A DNA stretch of 64,000 nt, taken from an uncultured Planctomycetia bacterium (GTDB taxonomy: Bacteria > Omnitrophota > Gorgyraeia > B26-G9). The translations under genes were made by a program, and so were the position numbers. The stretch covers positions 17,910 through 81,909 of the forward strand of contig CAYTGV010000003.1 in assembly GCA_964437495.1 (NCBI GenBank). Direction: 5' to 3'. The number at the start of each line of letters is the position of its first letter. The first letter of the stretch is position 1. The notes under the pieces are model-generated. The model saw only the letters and a program-made list of their open reading frames with translations. It did no database searches and was not told the origin of the DNA. This document shows, one piece after another, positions 10,218 through 21,353 of the stretch.

Positions 10218-10601
10218 ATGAGCTTAATTGATTATTTTGAAAATAAAGAAGGTATCGGGATATTGGCTACTTCAAGCAGTAATGGAGCGGTTGATACTGC
10301 GATATATGCAAAACCGCATTTTATTGAAGAAGAAAAGTGCTTATTTTTAATGGCAGATAAATGTTCCCATGTAAATCTAAAAGAAAACCCGCATGCAACA
10401 TATATATTCATAGAAAAGACAGAGAATTATAAGGGCAAAAGAATCTATCTGAGGATGATAAAAGAAACAGTTGATGATGATTTAGCCGAGACTATTAGAA
10501 GAAAAAAACATGGATGTCCGGACTATGATAAAGATAAAACGACCTTTATTGTTTATTTTAAGGTAGATCATGTCAGGCCTTTGGTTGGAGATTCTGAGTA
10601 A
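10218..10601 (+). CDS. PNPOx-like FMN-binding protein
   Basis: ILATS..G, NLKENPHA, RPL. Confidence 0.75.
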   Translation: MSLIDYFENKEGIGILATSSSNGAVDTAIYAKPHFIEEEKCLFLMADKCSHVNLKENPHATYIFIEKTENYKGKRIYLRMIKETVDDDLAETIRRKKHGCPDYDKDKTTFIVYFKVDHVRPLVGDSE

Positions 10602-10612
10602 TCAAGATCCAG

Positions 10613-11611
10613 ATGAGTAAATTTCTTGGAAAAAGTATAGTTATTATTATATGTCTAACACTTCTGGTCGGTAAAGTGTTTGCAGAGCCAATTATGAATA
10701 ATGCCCGGTTTATTCCACCTGATGGAGGGATTTTACTGATTGTCGGTCAGTATAAAGAGGCAATAGATACATATGTGAGGGAATTGGGGCATATTCCTGC
10801 TGGGATAATGGTCTATACTTCAGTACAGCATGCAGAAGGGATTTATGATGCATTTGACCATGGAGGCGGCGCGCAGCATTTACAATATGAGATAGAGCAA
10901 TACCCAAATACAGTAATGCAGGTTGGACTTTACATGGTTGATGTGCTGCAGGAGATATTGAATGGAGTATATGATGAGAATCTGCAAAAGATCGGCAATT
11001 GGATAAAAAATTCTAAGAGGCCTGTATATCTAAGGATTGGCTATGAATTTTACGGTCCGCATAATCATTATGATCCGCAGTTATATATAAAAGCGTACCG
11101 CTATATTGCGGATAAGTTTCAAGCTATGGGAATAGATAATATATCCTATGTATGGCATTCCTATGCGAATTATACAAAAAGATCTGTAATGGATTGGTAC
11201 CCCGGTGATGAGTATGTAGATTGGGTGGCTCTGTCTTATTTTAACAATATGAAGGAAAGCCTTGAAAGTATAGCAGGGATTGCTAAAGCAAAGAATAAAC
11301 CGTTGATGATTGCAGAGGCAACCCCATGCGGCATTGGCGTAACGCATGAAAATAATGCCTTAAAGCGCTGGTATGAGCCATTTTTTAAGTTCATTGAAGA
11401 AAACAATGTAAAAGCTATAAGCTATATAAATTGCGATTGGGAAGCGCTTCCTATGTGGAAGGGCCAAGGCTGGAAGGATAGCCGTGTTCAGGCTAATCCA
11501 GTGATAAGAAAACGCTGGCTTGAAGAAGTGCAAAAAGATAAATACCTTAAGTCTTCATCGAGATTATTCAATATCCTAGGATTTTCTTTACAAAAAATAC
11601 CCTCTAAATAG
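10613..11611 (+). CDS. Secreted glycoside hydrolase, GH26-like
   Basis: Signal peptide; LRIGYEF, WYPGDEYVDW, KPLMIAE. Confidence 0.8.
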   Translation: MSKFLGKSIVIIICLTLLVGKVFAEPIMNNARFIPPDGGILLIVGQYKEAIDTYVRELGHIPAGIMVYTSVQHAEGIYDAFDHGGGAQHLQYEIEQYPNTVMQVGLYMVDVLQEILNGVYDENLQKIGNWIKNSKRPVYLRIGYEFYGPHNHYDPQLYIKAYRYIADKFQAMGIDNISYVWHSYANYTKRSVMDWYPGDEYVDWVALSYFNNMKESLESIAGIAKAKNKPLMIAEATPCGIGVTHENNALKRWYEPFFKFIEENNVKAISYINCDWEALPMWKGQGWKDSRVQANPVIRKRWLEEVQKDKYLKSSSRLFNILGFSLQKIPSK

Positions 11612-11741
11612 AGTTTTATTTCATTTTCTTCCTCTAAAAGCCTCTTTTTCTGTAGTATATTTGTGTTTGCAACAAAAATATACTTGACTATAATATTATA
11701 GTGTGCTATACTTTTAATATAAACTACAATAAGGAGGCAAA

Positions 11742-12413
11742 ATGACAAAAAAACGTTTTTCACTTAGAGAGCGCAAGAGCGCGAAAACAAAGATTGCATT
11801 AATGAATGAATTTGTTAAAAGGCTTGAGCATACTAACCTGGATAATATCTCTATTCGGGAGGTATGTGAGGCTGTGGATGTGTCTGAGGGCACATTTTAT
11901 AATTATTTTCCTGCAAAGCCGGATGTGATTTATTTTCATATTGCTGCTTTTAGTGCGGTATCTTTTTGGCGATTATTTCACGAAATCAAACCGAAAAGTG
12001 AATTAGAAAAAATAGATGGCCTTTTAACGGCAATGGCAATTGAGAAATTAAATCCTAATCAGCTCTATGGTCTGATGTCAGCGATAATTGGTCAAAGGCA
12101 ATGCGCCCTTGAAAATGAAAACCTCAAAATCACTGCTGCTGAAAAATATTATGCTTTTCCCGAGTGTGAGGGCATAGCAGATGTAGAGCCTTCCACGCTT
12201 TTATTTAAAAAGTTTTTTAAAGAATGCCTAAAGAAAGCTATAGAAAACAAAGAATTGCCCGTAGATACCAATGTAGAAGAGACAGTTGTCCATCTTAAAA
12301 CTATTCTCTCCGGTGTAGCTCTTGCTGTAGAGACTAAAGATTTTTCAAAAATCAGTGAATATAGAAATAAACATCTAGGGCTTCTTTGGAAGGCTTTAGA
12401 TAGAAAGTATTAA
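11742..12413 (+). CDS. TetR regulator
   Basis: VSEGTFYNYF HTH. Confidence 0.9.
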   Translation: MTKKRFSLRERKSAKTKIALMNEFVKRLEHTNLDNISIREVCEAVDVSEGTFYNYFPAKPDVIYFHIAAFSAVSFWRLFHEIKPKSELEKIDGLLTAMAIEKLNPNQLYGLMSAIIGQRQCALENENLKITAAEKYYAFPECEGIADVEPSTLLFKKFFKECLKKAIENKELPVDTNVEETVVHLKTILSGVALAVETKDFSKISEYRNKHLGLLWKALDRKY

Positions 12414-12426
12414 AAAAGGGGAGATA

Positions 12427-13725
12427 ATGAAGAAAAAGTTTATTGTAAAATTAATATTGCTGATTGTTCTGTGTTGTTTTTTTCAGGCAAAGGCAATTGC
12501 ACAGGAAAAAATAAGTATTGATTTAGATCAGGCCGTGGAAATGGCTGTACAAGAGAGTGAAGATTACAAGTTATCTGTTAATGAGGTTATTAAACGCAAT
12601 CAGCAGTATCGGCAGTCTAAGTCGGCTATTTATCCGCGGTTAAATGCTGATATAAGCTGGTTGAATAATTTTGAATATCCCAATAGCGTACGCAAAACTA
12701 CAAGGGACTATAGCTTTGATGCCGGGGTGTCGGTTTCACAGCTTGTATGGTCATTTGGAAAAGTGTCTTCTGCTATTCGTTTTGCCAGACAGTATGAAAA
12801 TATTGGACGTCTTGAGCAGGAAGCCGCAAAAGAGGATATTGTTTATGCCACTAAAATAAATTATTTTTCCGCTCTTTTGGCTCAGGATACACATGGAATA
12901 CTTGCGCAGTCTTTAGAAAACGCGCGTGAGAATAAGATTCTCTTAGAAAAGCGCTCGTCTTCAGGACGCAGCCCAAGAAGAGACCTGATAAAGATGGAAG
13001 CAGATATAGCGTCCCGTATCCCATCGGTAAATGAAGCGCGGGCAGGGCTTAATTCTGCGATACGCAGCCTAAAAGTTATTACCGGTATTAGTGCAACTGA
13101 TAAAGTTGAACTTGCTGATATTAATATGCTGGAGAAGACTCTTATTAAAAAAGAAAAATATATAGCTTCTCTTAATGCTAATGAGCCGACAATAAAGGCG
13201 CTTGAATCCAGCCTTAAGGCGCAGGATGAGGTAATTAAGATAAGACGCGCCGGTTATTATCCGACAATATCTGCTTTTGCCAGCTGGGATGAAATGGGAA
13301 TTAGTGATGATGCTGATCTTTATAACGGCAATGCTGACGGTTACGGGGTAGCTGGGGTTAAGGTCAGTGTGCCTCTTTGGACAGGAGGACAGACTGCGTC
13401 TGAGCTTGAACAGGCAAGAATTGATAAGCGCAGTGCAAAACTTGTGCTTCAAAAAACTAAAAAGCAGTTTTCGCTTAACCTTGAAAACGCATTATCTGAA
13501 TATCAGGAGTACATAAAAACTCTTGAAGCGAATATTCATGCGGTTGAACTGGCAAAAGAATCATTTGAACTTACCAGAGATATGTTTACAACCGGAAAAG
13601 TAACGCTTGCAGATCTTAATGATGCGGAGCTGATGCTTACCGGAGAACTTTTAAACAAACAGGTTACCTTGTATAACCTAAATCTAACAAAGGCAAAAAT
13701 TGAAAGATTGGCAGGGATGAAATGA
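12427..13725 (+). CDS. TolC-family outer membrane efflux protein
   Basis: Signal peptide, YP repeats, VPLW.GG; in RND operon. Confidence 0.85.
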   Translation: MKKKFIVKLILLIVLCCFFQAKAIAQEKISIDLDQAVEMAVQESEDYKLSVNEVIKRNQQYRQSKSAIYPRLNADISWLNNFEYPNSVRKTTRDYSFDAGVSVSQLVWSFGKVSSAIRFARQYENIGRLEQEAAKEDIVYATKINYFSALLAQDTHGILAQSLENARENKILLEKRSSSGRSPRRDLIKMEADIASRIPSVNEARAGLNSAIRSLKVITGISATDKVELADINMLEKTLIKKEKYIASLNANEPTIKALESSLKAQDEVIKIRRAGYYPTISAFASWDEMGISDDADLYNGNADGYGVAGVKVSVPLWTGGQTASELEQARIDKRSAKLVLQKTKKQFSLNLENALSEYQEYIKTLEANIHAVELAKESFELTRDMFTTGKVTLADLNDAELMLTGELLNKQVTLYNLNLTKAKIERLAGMK

Positions 13726-14396
13726 GAAAATTATTAAAACTACGGATTGTCTGTTACCTGGTGATTCTGGCGGTATTCAGCCTTCTGGTTTTTATCCAGC
13801 AGCAAATAGTAATAAAAGAAAGGTCAAAGGAAATCGTAAGTGCTTTCAGTCAATGGCAGAATGAAGGCCGGCCGGTTACTGTTAAACAAATGCAGCGGCA
13901 GGATGTAAAAGAATTTCGCAGGCTGACCTTGTCGAATATAAACGGATTGAATGCTGTATCATTTGTATCTGCTGAAAAACGCGATAAATTAGCCGTAGGA
14001 CAGGAATTATTTTTTTCAGATAAGACAGAACGCAAAGCCGGAATTATTACCGCTGTATTTGATAAATTAGACCGGGATACCGGGTTGTTCCCCCTAAAAA
14101 TAAAGCTTGAAATGCCGCTTGAAGGTAAGGATAACCTGGTTTATGTTCATATTAATACTTTTAAGGATGTTTTTTCCCTGCCGCTGGAAATACTTGATAT
14201 ACACGGCGGATCTTTTTATATTTGGAAAGTTGACCAGGGCCGGGCTGTTGAACATAAAATTGAATTAGTTTGCCGTAACGGATATGGGGCAATAATCAAA
14301 AGTGGGATTGCAAAGGGCGATATGGTTATATTTTCCGGCCAGTCGCAACTGCGCTTAAAGGATAAAGTAAAAATAATAAAGGAGATATTACAATGA
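13722..14396 (+). CDS. Short RND periplasmic adaptor (MFP-like)
   Basis: N-terminal TM, C-terminal GI..GD.VI..GQ; lies between TolC and RND genes. Confidence 0.7.
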   Translation: MRKLLKLRIVCYLVILAVFSLLVFIQQQIVIKERSKEIVSAFSQWQNEGRPVTVKQMQRQDVKEFRRLTLSNINGLNAVSFVSAEKRDKLAVGQELFFSDKTERKAGIITAVFDKLDRDTGLFPLKIKLEMPLEGKDNLVYVHINTFKDVFSLPLEILDIHGGSFYIWKVDQGRAVEHKIELVCRNGYGAIIKSGIAKGDMVIFSGQSQLRLKDKVKIIKEILQ

Positions 14397-17300
14397 TAGC
14401 TTTTTTCGTAAAACGGCCGGTTACGACTATAATGATGGTGTCTTTGTTTGTAATTATGGGCATTGTTTCCTTATCAGGGATGCTTGTGGAACAAACGCCT
14501 AAAGTTGATTTTCCAATTATAACCATAACTACTGAATATCCCGGAGCAACGCCGGTTGAGGTGGAAACTCTGGTTATTAATAAGATAGAGGATGCGGTTG
14601 CTGAAATCTCAGAGATTGAAAAAGTTCGCAGTATTTCCTATGATAATGTGGGGTTTGTATTTGTCCAGTTTCTGCTCAGTGCGGATGTTAATGTTAAATC
14701 AATTGAAGTTAAAGACAAGGTTGAGGCAATACTTAATGACCTGCCTGATGATATAGAACAGCCGATTATTGAAAAATATGATCCATTGATGCAGCCGGTA
14801 ATAGAGTTGGTGCTGTCAAGTGAGAGTATGAATATAAGAGATATCTACGAATACGCGGATAAGACTCTTAAAAATAAATTTTCTTCTATTGAGGGCGTGG
14901 CTAAGGTTGATGTTTATGGCGGTAAACAGCGGCAGATAAATGTCCGTCTTAATCCGGTACTGCTAAAGCAGAAATATATTACTGTTGAAGAGGTGGTTTC
15001 ACAGCTGAGCAATAAAAACAAAAATATACCAGGCGGTGAGATTGAAAAAGGATTTTCTAGCCTAAGCGTGCGTTTTGTCGGTGAATTCCAGAATGTAGAT
15101 GAAATAAAAAATCTGGAATTACAGTCTATAGACGGTAATAAATTTCTTTTATCTGATGTAGCTGATATTCAGGATAGCTTCAAGAAGGTTAATACTATTG
15201 CCCGCTATAACGGCAAAGAGGTTGTCGGTCTCTCTTTAAATAAAGTGTCTGATGGAAATGCTGTTAATATAGCACGTGAGGTAATGCAGCGTATAGATGA
15301 GTTCCGGGCTATGCTCCCTAAAGGTGTAGACATGGAAATCGCCTCTAATACGACCAATTTTATAGTTAATGAGACAACCGACGCGCAGTTTAATATTGCA
15401 ATAGGTATTTTTCTGACAATTATAATTTTGTATCTTTTTACCGGACAGGCAAAGCTTACTTTTATTGCCGCGCTGGTAATCCCGACATCGATTGTGTCTA
15501 CATTCTGGCCGATGAGCGGTTCAGATTTTACTATCAATTTTATGACTTTGCTGGCGATTGCCATGGCTTTAGGAACATTGATCGCTAATGCTATTGTTAT
15601 TATCGAAAACGTGCTTGAGCATATGGAGCATAATGAGAGCGCGCAGAACGCGGCAATAACTGGGACAAAAGAAGTGGCCGGCGCGATTATCGCATCAACC
15701 GGAACAAACCTTGTAGTGTTTACGCCGATTGCCATGATGGGCGGTATCGTCGGCAAGTTCTTTGTTTCTTTTGGTGTTACGGTTATTTACGCGACTTTGT
15801 TTTCTTTGCTCGCGTCATTTACATTGACTCCAATGCTTTGCGGATTGTTGTTAAAAAAAAGAAAAGCTGCACCTGCTAAAACCAAAAGCGCGCTGCTTAA
15901 TGCCTTTACCGCTCCGGTAAGGTTAACAGAAAGAATGATGAATTTCATGAAAATAGAGTATAAGCGTATATTTAATGCTGTATTCCGTCATCCTGTGTTG
16001 ACTTGTTTGGTGGTATTTCTTTCGCTTTGGTCTTTGCGCTTTGTCATGCCTTATCTGGGCAGTGAATTTATTCCTGCTGATGATGAAGATAAGGTTCAAG
16101 TTAATCTTGTTATGCCCAAAGGTGTTACTATAGATCGTACCCTTTCAGTGATTGAGAAAATTGAAGTAAAGGTCGCTGAACTCCCAGAGGTAGAATCTTA
16201 CTTAAGCAATATTGGTGAAAATGGAGTTGAAAATGCCTCGATTATAGTAAGCTTGATACCTTCAAAGGATCGTCAACGTTCTGACAGCGATATTATTGAT
16301 GTCTTGACTCCGTTTATGTCTGATATCCCGGACGCGGAAATTAATATGCTGCGTGCGGGCATGGAGTCACAGGGCAATGGGGATATATCGATAAATATAT
16401 CAGGTGATGATTATAATCAGGTAATAAATTACGCGTGGAAGATGAAACAGATTATGCAGCAAAGCGGTTATTTTCGTTCTGTAGATTCTTCTTATAAAAT
16501 GCCGAAAAAAGAAATTCGTTTTATTCCTGATCAGCAAAAACTGAATGAGTATGGCTTGAGCAGCGCACAGATAGCAGGTATGATGCGGGACAGTATTTAT
16601 GGAAATACAGATAATGTTTATAAGGAAAAAGGCGAGGAATATGATATAAATATCGAGCTTGACGATAAATATATGACTAACTTTGATGATGTTAAACAGA
16701 TTCTGGTAAGTTCTGCTCAGGGTATGATTCCGGTAACAGAGTTGGGGACTCTTGTGGATGATAAGTCCTTGCCGACCATAAGGCATCGTGATCGCAATCG
16801 GGTTATTCGACTGGAGGGTTTTTTGTCGAAAAGTAATGCCGGTTTTGTGCGTGGCTTGCTGGATAAAAAATTTAGTGAGTTGGGTATGTCTGCAGAATAC
16901 GGATATGCTTATGTTGAAGATGCTGAACATGAAGCTGAAGCGAGTGAGGAGATGGCAAAAGCCTTTATTCTTGCAGTTATTTTAACTTATATGCTTTTGG
17001 CTGCTATATTGAATTCCGGGTCTTATCCGATATCGATCATGATGACTGTATTGACATCTTTTGTCGGAGTATTTTATACAATGTTTTTCCTGGGATATTC
17101 TATGGGTGTAACTTCGATGATGGGTATGGTCATGCTTGTCGGCCTGGTGGTCAACAATGCTATTCTTTTACTTGATTACACTATCTTAAAGATGAAAGAA
17201 GGGCTGCCGGTGAAAGAGGCTCTGTGGCAGGGAGCATCAGTTAAATTTCGCGCGATTATTATGACCTCATTAGCAATTGTTTTAGGTGTTATGCCGCAGC

Positions 17301-17455
17301 TGTGGGCAATGATGGGCGCGAAAAGAGCTATGGGGGCTGTAATGGTCGGCGGAATGCTGGCTTCTATTGTATACACATTGATTTTTATTCCGATTGTATT
17401 CTGGTTTACCTGTAATATAGAAGAGTTTATTAAATCAAAAATAGGAAAACGATAA
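14393..17455 (+). CDS. AcrB/AcrD/AcrF RND permease
   Basis: RPV, YPGA.P.EVE, NAIVIIEN, VVNNAIL, RAIIMT. Confidence 0.95.
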   Translation: MIAFFVKRPVTTIMMVSLFVIMGIVSLSGMLVEQTPKVDFPIITITTEYPGATPVEVETLVINKIEDAVAEISEIEKVRSISYDNVGFVFVQFLLSADVNVKSIEVKDKVEAILNDLPDDIEQPIIEKYDPLMQPVIELVLSSESMNIRDIYEYADKTLKNKFSSIEGVAKVDVYGGKQRQINVRLNPVLLKQKYITVEEVVSQLSNKNKNIPGGEIEKGFSSLSVRFVGEFQNVDEIKNLELQSIDGNKFLLSDVADIQDSFKKVNTIARYNGKEVVGLSLNKVSDGNAVNIAREVMQRIDEFRAMLPKGVDMEIASNTTNFIVNETTDAQFNIAIGIFLTIIILYLFTGQAKLTFIAALVIPTSIVSTFWPMSGSDFTINFMTLLAIAMALGTLIANAIVIIENVLEHMEHNESAQNAAITGTKEVAGAIIASTGTNLVVFTPIAMMGGIVGKFFVSFGVTVIYATLFSLLASFTLTPMLCGLLLKKRKAAPAKTKSALLNAFTAPVRLTERMMNFMKIEYKRIFNAVFRHPVLTCLVVFLSLWSLRFVMPYLGSEFIPADDEDKVQVNLVMPKGVTIDRTLSVIEKIEVKVAELPEVESYLSNIGENGVENASIIVSLIPSKDRQRSDSDIIDVLTPFMSDIPDAEINMLRAGMESQGNGDISINISGDDYNQVINYAWKMKQIMQQSGYFRSVDSSYKMPKKEIRFIPDQQKLNEYGLSSAQIAGMMRDSIYGNTDNVYKEKGEEYDINIELDDKYMTNFDDVKQILVSSAQGMIPVTELGTLVDDKSLPTIRHRDRNRVIRLEGFLSKSNAGFVRGLLDKKFSELGMSAEYGYAYVEDAEHEAEASEEMAKAFILAVILTYMLLAAILNSGSYPISIMMTVLTSFVGVFYTMFFLGYSMGVTSMMGMVMLVGLVVNNAILLLDYTILKMKEGLPVKEALWQGASVKFRAIIMTSLAIVLGVMPQLWAMMGAKRAMGAVMVGGMLASIVYTLIFIPIVFWFTCNIEEFIKSKIGKR

Positions 17456-17682
17456 TGAACACAGTATATTATAAAAAAGTTAATAATACTTTCGTTTAAG
17501 ATGTTAATAAAATAATTCAGGAAGAACAGAATTTTAATATTGAGGTTATGGTATAACTTGCCTAAATCTCTAACCCGTTATACAATGAATAAATCATAGA
17601 AAATAGATTCAAGTAAATGTCTAAGTATTTGGAAATAGGCAGATTTAGGATTAGATGCGATAAATGGAGACATAAGGAATAT

Positions 17683-19086
17683 ATGAATATAATTATCGTC
17701 GGTGCTGGAGTAGTAGGCTTTGGACTTACTAAATATCTTTCGCAGCTTAATCATCACATTGCTGTAATCGATTATAACTCAAGACATTGTGATTATATAA
17801 GTAGTAAGCTTGATGTGCTTGTGATTAATGCTTTGGGCAGCTCTCCGGCAGCTCTGGAAAGTGCGGGAATAGAATCAGCAGACATGGTCATTGCGGTTAC
17901 TCCCAGCGATGAAGCGAATCTTTTAGTATGCAATTTTGCCGCTCAATATGGAGTATCCAAACGCATAGCTCGGGTTAAAACCGATATTTATACTGCTGGC
18001 TCTAAGCTTGATCTGGACAGGGTGGGAATAACGCATCTAATTGAGCCTGAAAAAGAAGTAATGCAGAAAATCATCCAATATATAGATTTGCCGGGGGTTT
18101 TGGAAACGGCTAATTTCCAGTCAAATAATATATATTTGCGGGGCTATCAGGTTACCGAAGAGATGCCTATTCACGGTAAACAACTCTTAGAGATAAAGGA
18201 TATTACCAAGGATTTTCCAGTACTTTTTGTCGTAATTAATCGCAACGGGAAAAGTCTGCCTCCGATCGGTACACAGACTATAATGGCCGGAGATAAAATT
18301 GTTGCGATTATGCCGAAAGATTCATTTAAAACATTTTGCTATCTGGTAAGTCATAAAATAGTAAAAATGAAAAAGGCGGTTGTCTTTGGGGACTCGCTTA
18401 CAGCTATTCATCTGGCGCAGGCTTTAGTCGGTCATTGTGAGGAAATATTTCTTGTGGATCCTGATTTAGAGCATGGGCATATAGCTGCCACGCAGCTTAA
18501 ATCAGTGCAAGTGCTTCATGGGGATTGTACAGACAGTGATTTTCTTCAGGAAATTGGGATTCAGTATGCGGATTGCTTTATCGCTGTTGCTGAGGATATG
18601 GAAGATAATATGATGTCCTGTATATTAGCAAAAAACGAGGGAGCAAAAAGAGTTATTGCTGTACGTAATAATCAGCGTCATAGTGAACTTTTTTATTCAC
18701 TGGGCATAGATCAAATTATTAATCCGCAGCAGATTACGCTTGATGCTATTATTGAAAAGATACAGATAATAGCACTTGGAACTCATTTAAAACTTCAAAG
18801 TGCAGATATTGAGGTGGTTCATTTCAAGGCTTCCGGTCAGAGTAATGTTATCGGAAAATCACTGCGTGATCTTAACAGACAATTTAAAAATGTAGTTGTG
18901 ATCGGCAGTATTATCAGAAAAAACTCAATAATTATACCCGAAGGCAATACTGTAATCGAAACAGAAGATGAAATTATTGCGCTTTCTCCAAAAAAATATA
19001 TCAAAAGACTAAACAGATTATTTAATCCAAGTTGGGCTAAAAAAATTTCCTCAACATTATCAAATAACCACGTAGAAAAAAAGTGA
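17683..19086 (+). CDS. trkA: Trk K+ uptake regulatory subunit
   Basis: GAGVVG, two RCK domains. Confidence 0.9.
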   Translation: MNIIIVGAGVVGFGLTKYLSQLNHHIAVIDYNSRHCDYISSKLDVLVINALGSSPAALESAGIESADMVIAVTPSDEANLLVCNFAAQYGVSKRIARVKTDIYTAGSKLDLDRVGITHLIEPEKEVMQKIIQYIDLPGVLETANFQSNNIYLRGYQVTEEMPIHGKQLLEIKDITKDFPVLFVVINRNGKSLPPIGTQTIMAGDKIVAIMPKDSFKTFCYLVSHKIVKMKKAVVFGDSLTAIHLAQALVGHCEEIFLVDPDLEHGHIAATQLKSVQVLHGDCTDSDFLQEIGIQYADCFIAVAEDMEDNMMSCILAKNEGAKRVIAVRNNQRHSELFYSLGIDQIINPQQITLDAIIEKIQIIALGTHLKLQSADIEVVHFKASGQSNVIGKSLRDLNRQFKNVVVIGSIIRKNSIIIPEGNTVIETEDEIIALSPKKYIKRLNRLFNPSWAKKISSTLSNNHVEKK

Positions 19087-20687
19087 AAAAAAGATTTATA
19101 ATTTTTTCTGTTGGAACTTTGCTGGAAATCATTGCGTTTATTTTTCTTATCCCAGCGGCAATAGCTTTTTTCGAAATCCGCGATTCAGGGCCTATTCAAT
19201 TATTTTCTGATCCCCAGTTGCGTGGTTTTTTGATCGCGAGCATATCTTCATTAATCTGCGGAATAATTTTAAGGTGTGTGGGAAATAAAGAAATCACAGG
19301 CACCGGAGTAAAAGAAGGATTTGCAATAGTCACTTTTGGTTGGGTAATATTATCATTTTTTGGCGCAATCCCTCTTTTTAATTATTTTCTTGCTCAAAGT
19401 GATCACGTAACAATATCAACACTGATATCTGCTTTTACTGATGCTTATTTTGAGACAATGAGTGGATTTACTACAACAGGTGCGACAATCATAAGCAATG
19501 TAGAGGCATTACCGCACGGTATTCTTTTCTGGAGAAGTTTAACTCACTGGCTTGGTGGAATGGGCATTATTACACTGGCACTTGCTATATTGCCGGTATT
19601 TGGAGTAGCTAGTTATCAGATGTTTCGCGGAGAAGTTCCTGGGCCTTCCGCAGAACGGCTAAGTCCCAGGCTTACTCATACAGCAAAAATCCTCTGGGGT
19701 GCCTATGCATTACTAACACTTATCCAAACAATATTACTTAAGCTTGGAGGGATGTCTGTTTTTGATGCACTGTGTCATTCTTTTGGAACAATGGCTACCG
19801 GAGGGTTTTCAACAAAGAATGCTTCTTTGGCTGCCTACAACAGCCCTTATATACAGTGGGTTGTAATTATTTTTATGTTTTTTGCGGGCATGAATTTCAT
19901 TATTCACTATCAGATATTATTCACTGGCAAATTCAGCTCACTTAGAAAAAACCGGGAATTCAAATTTTATACATTGGTTATTGTTACGGTTATTTTAATG
20001 AGTACTATTTTTCTTCAAATACGCGGCCTTGCTCCTAAACAAGAAATCAGCAGGCGTTTTCGCAATCAAGCTCTGAGTGAATCTCAAATAGATGATAAAA
20101 TCGACTTGGAAAATAGGAGAATAAGTTCTTTCGGTCAAACCCTGCGTCATGCTGCATTTCAGACGGTATCGATCACTACGACAACAGGATATAGCACAGC
20201 TGATTTTGATACTTGGCCTAATGCAATCAGGTTCACACTGGTAATCCTTATGTTCTTTGGCGGATGTGCTGGTTCAACTGGCGGAGGGATAAAAATGTAC
20301 AGGGTATTGATTTTCATCAAATGTGCCTTGAGAGAAATAAAGACGATTATTCATCCGCGGATTATTTTACCGCTTAAAGTTGACGATAAAGCGATAGAAG
20401 AAAAACAGGTGGCTAATATTATTGGATTTATAGCGCTATTTATGGGTAGTTTTTTATTTTTTACAATTATTATGAGTTTTATGATTGAGGATTTTAGCAC
20501 GGCAGTTACAGCTGTTGCGGCAACAATGTGTAATATCGGTCCAGGGCTTGCCGGAGTGGGAGCAACAGAGAACTATGCCTGGATACCAATGCAGGGGAAA
20601 TGGGTCCTTAGCCTTTGTATGCTGCTCGGCCGTTTGGAAATTTATACTGTGTTTATCCTTTTTATGCCAAGCTCCTGGAGGAAATAG
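19083..20687 (+). CDS. trkH: Trk K+ uptake membrane subunit
   Basis: SGFTTTG, TGGF, TTTGY, GSTGGGIK, GRLE. Confidence 0.95.
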   Translation: MKKRFIIFSVGTLLEIIAFIFLIPAAIAFFEIRDSGPIQLFSDPQLRGFLIASISSLICGIILRCVGNKEITGTGVKEGFAIVTFGWVILSFFGAIPLFNYFLAQSDHVTISTLISAFTDAYFETMSGFTTTGATIISNVEALPHGILFWRSLTHWLGGMGIITLALAILPVFGVASYQMFRGEVPGPSAERLSPRLTHTAKILWGAYALLTLIQTILLKLGGMSVFDALCHSFGTMATGGFSTKNASLAAYNSPYIQWVVIIFMFFAGMNFIIHYQILFTGKFSSLRKNREFKFYTLVIVTVILMSTIFLQIRGLAPKQEISRRFRNQALSESQIDDKIDLENRRISSFGQTLRHAAFQTVSITTTTGYSTADFDTWPNAIRFTLVILMFFGGCAGSTGGGIKMYRVLIFIKCALREIKTIIHPRIILPLKVDDKAIEEKQVANIIGFIALFMGSFLFFTIIMSFMIEDFSTAVTAVAATMCNIGPGLAGVGATENYAWIPMQGKWVLSLCMLLGRLEIYTVFILFMPSSWRK

Positions 20688-20796
20688 TTCCTGGATTAGA
20701 CAGGAAATACTTCGATGTTTAAAGATCATCTATAATTTTATCCGTAATTTTGATAGAACTTGCCTAAATTCCTGCTTCGAGATACAATAGAAAAAC

Positions 20797-21312
20797 ATGA
20801 AAGATGCTAAGACCAACAAATACTATAAATGCTCGAGATGTTTTAAAGAGCTCAAGAAGCATGAGATCTGTATTATTGATGATGCTCCTGTATGCCTGCG
20901 CTGTATATACGGCAAGTTAAGGCCATTTGAGATCTATCCGATAGGTGAAGTTAAGAATGATCTCAAGGTTGCTGATACAGGGTTTGGTACTACTGGTGAA
21001 AAGGGGATATCGCGAATAGAATTGATCGAATCTCAAAGACCTTTTCTGTATAGATTAGAAGAGGAAAAAAATATCACTGTGGTATATTATCTACATGAGA
21101 CCGACTCAGTAAAATCTGTTTTCAATCGCGGCCTAGACGGGAAAAAAGTAGGAGTTTTTGCTTCTCGTACACCTTATAGGCTTTCTAAAATAGCTATTCA
21201 GGATGTGAAACTTGTAAACATAGAAAATACGACACTTTATGTGCGTGGATTGGACGCGGTTAACGGAACTCCGATTCTTGATATAAAGATGAAGAAGAAT
21301 AATTTTTTTTAA
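20797..21312 (+). CDS. TsaA/TrmO-family methyltransferase with N-terminal CxxC-CxxC
   Basis: GVFASRTP.R, GLDAVNGTPILDIK. Confidence 0.8.
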   Translation: MKDAKTNKYYKCSRCFKELKKHEICIIDDAPVCLRCIYGKLRPFEIYPIGEVKNDLKVADTGFGTTGEKGISRIELIESQRPFLYRLEEEKNITVVYYLHETDSVKSVFNRGLDGKKVGVFASRTPYRLSKIAIQDVKLVNIENTTLYVRGLDAVNGTPILDIKMKKNNFF

Positions 21313-21353
21313 AATTTATAATTAGTGTTAAGAATATTAAAAAGGAGGATAAT

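Noticed and set aside
4451-16930. Long antisense ORFs (e.g. 4451-5077, 15205-15756, 16400-16930)
   Set aside because: They are shadows of well-supported + strand genes
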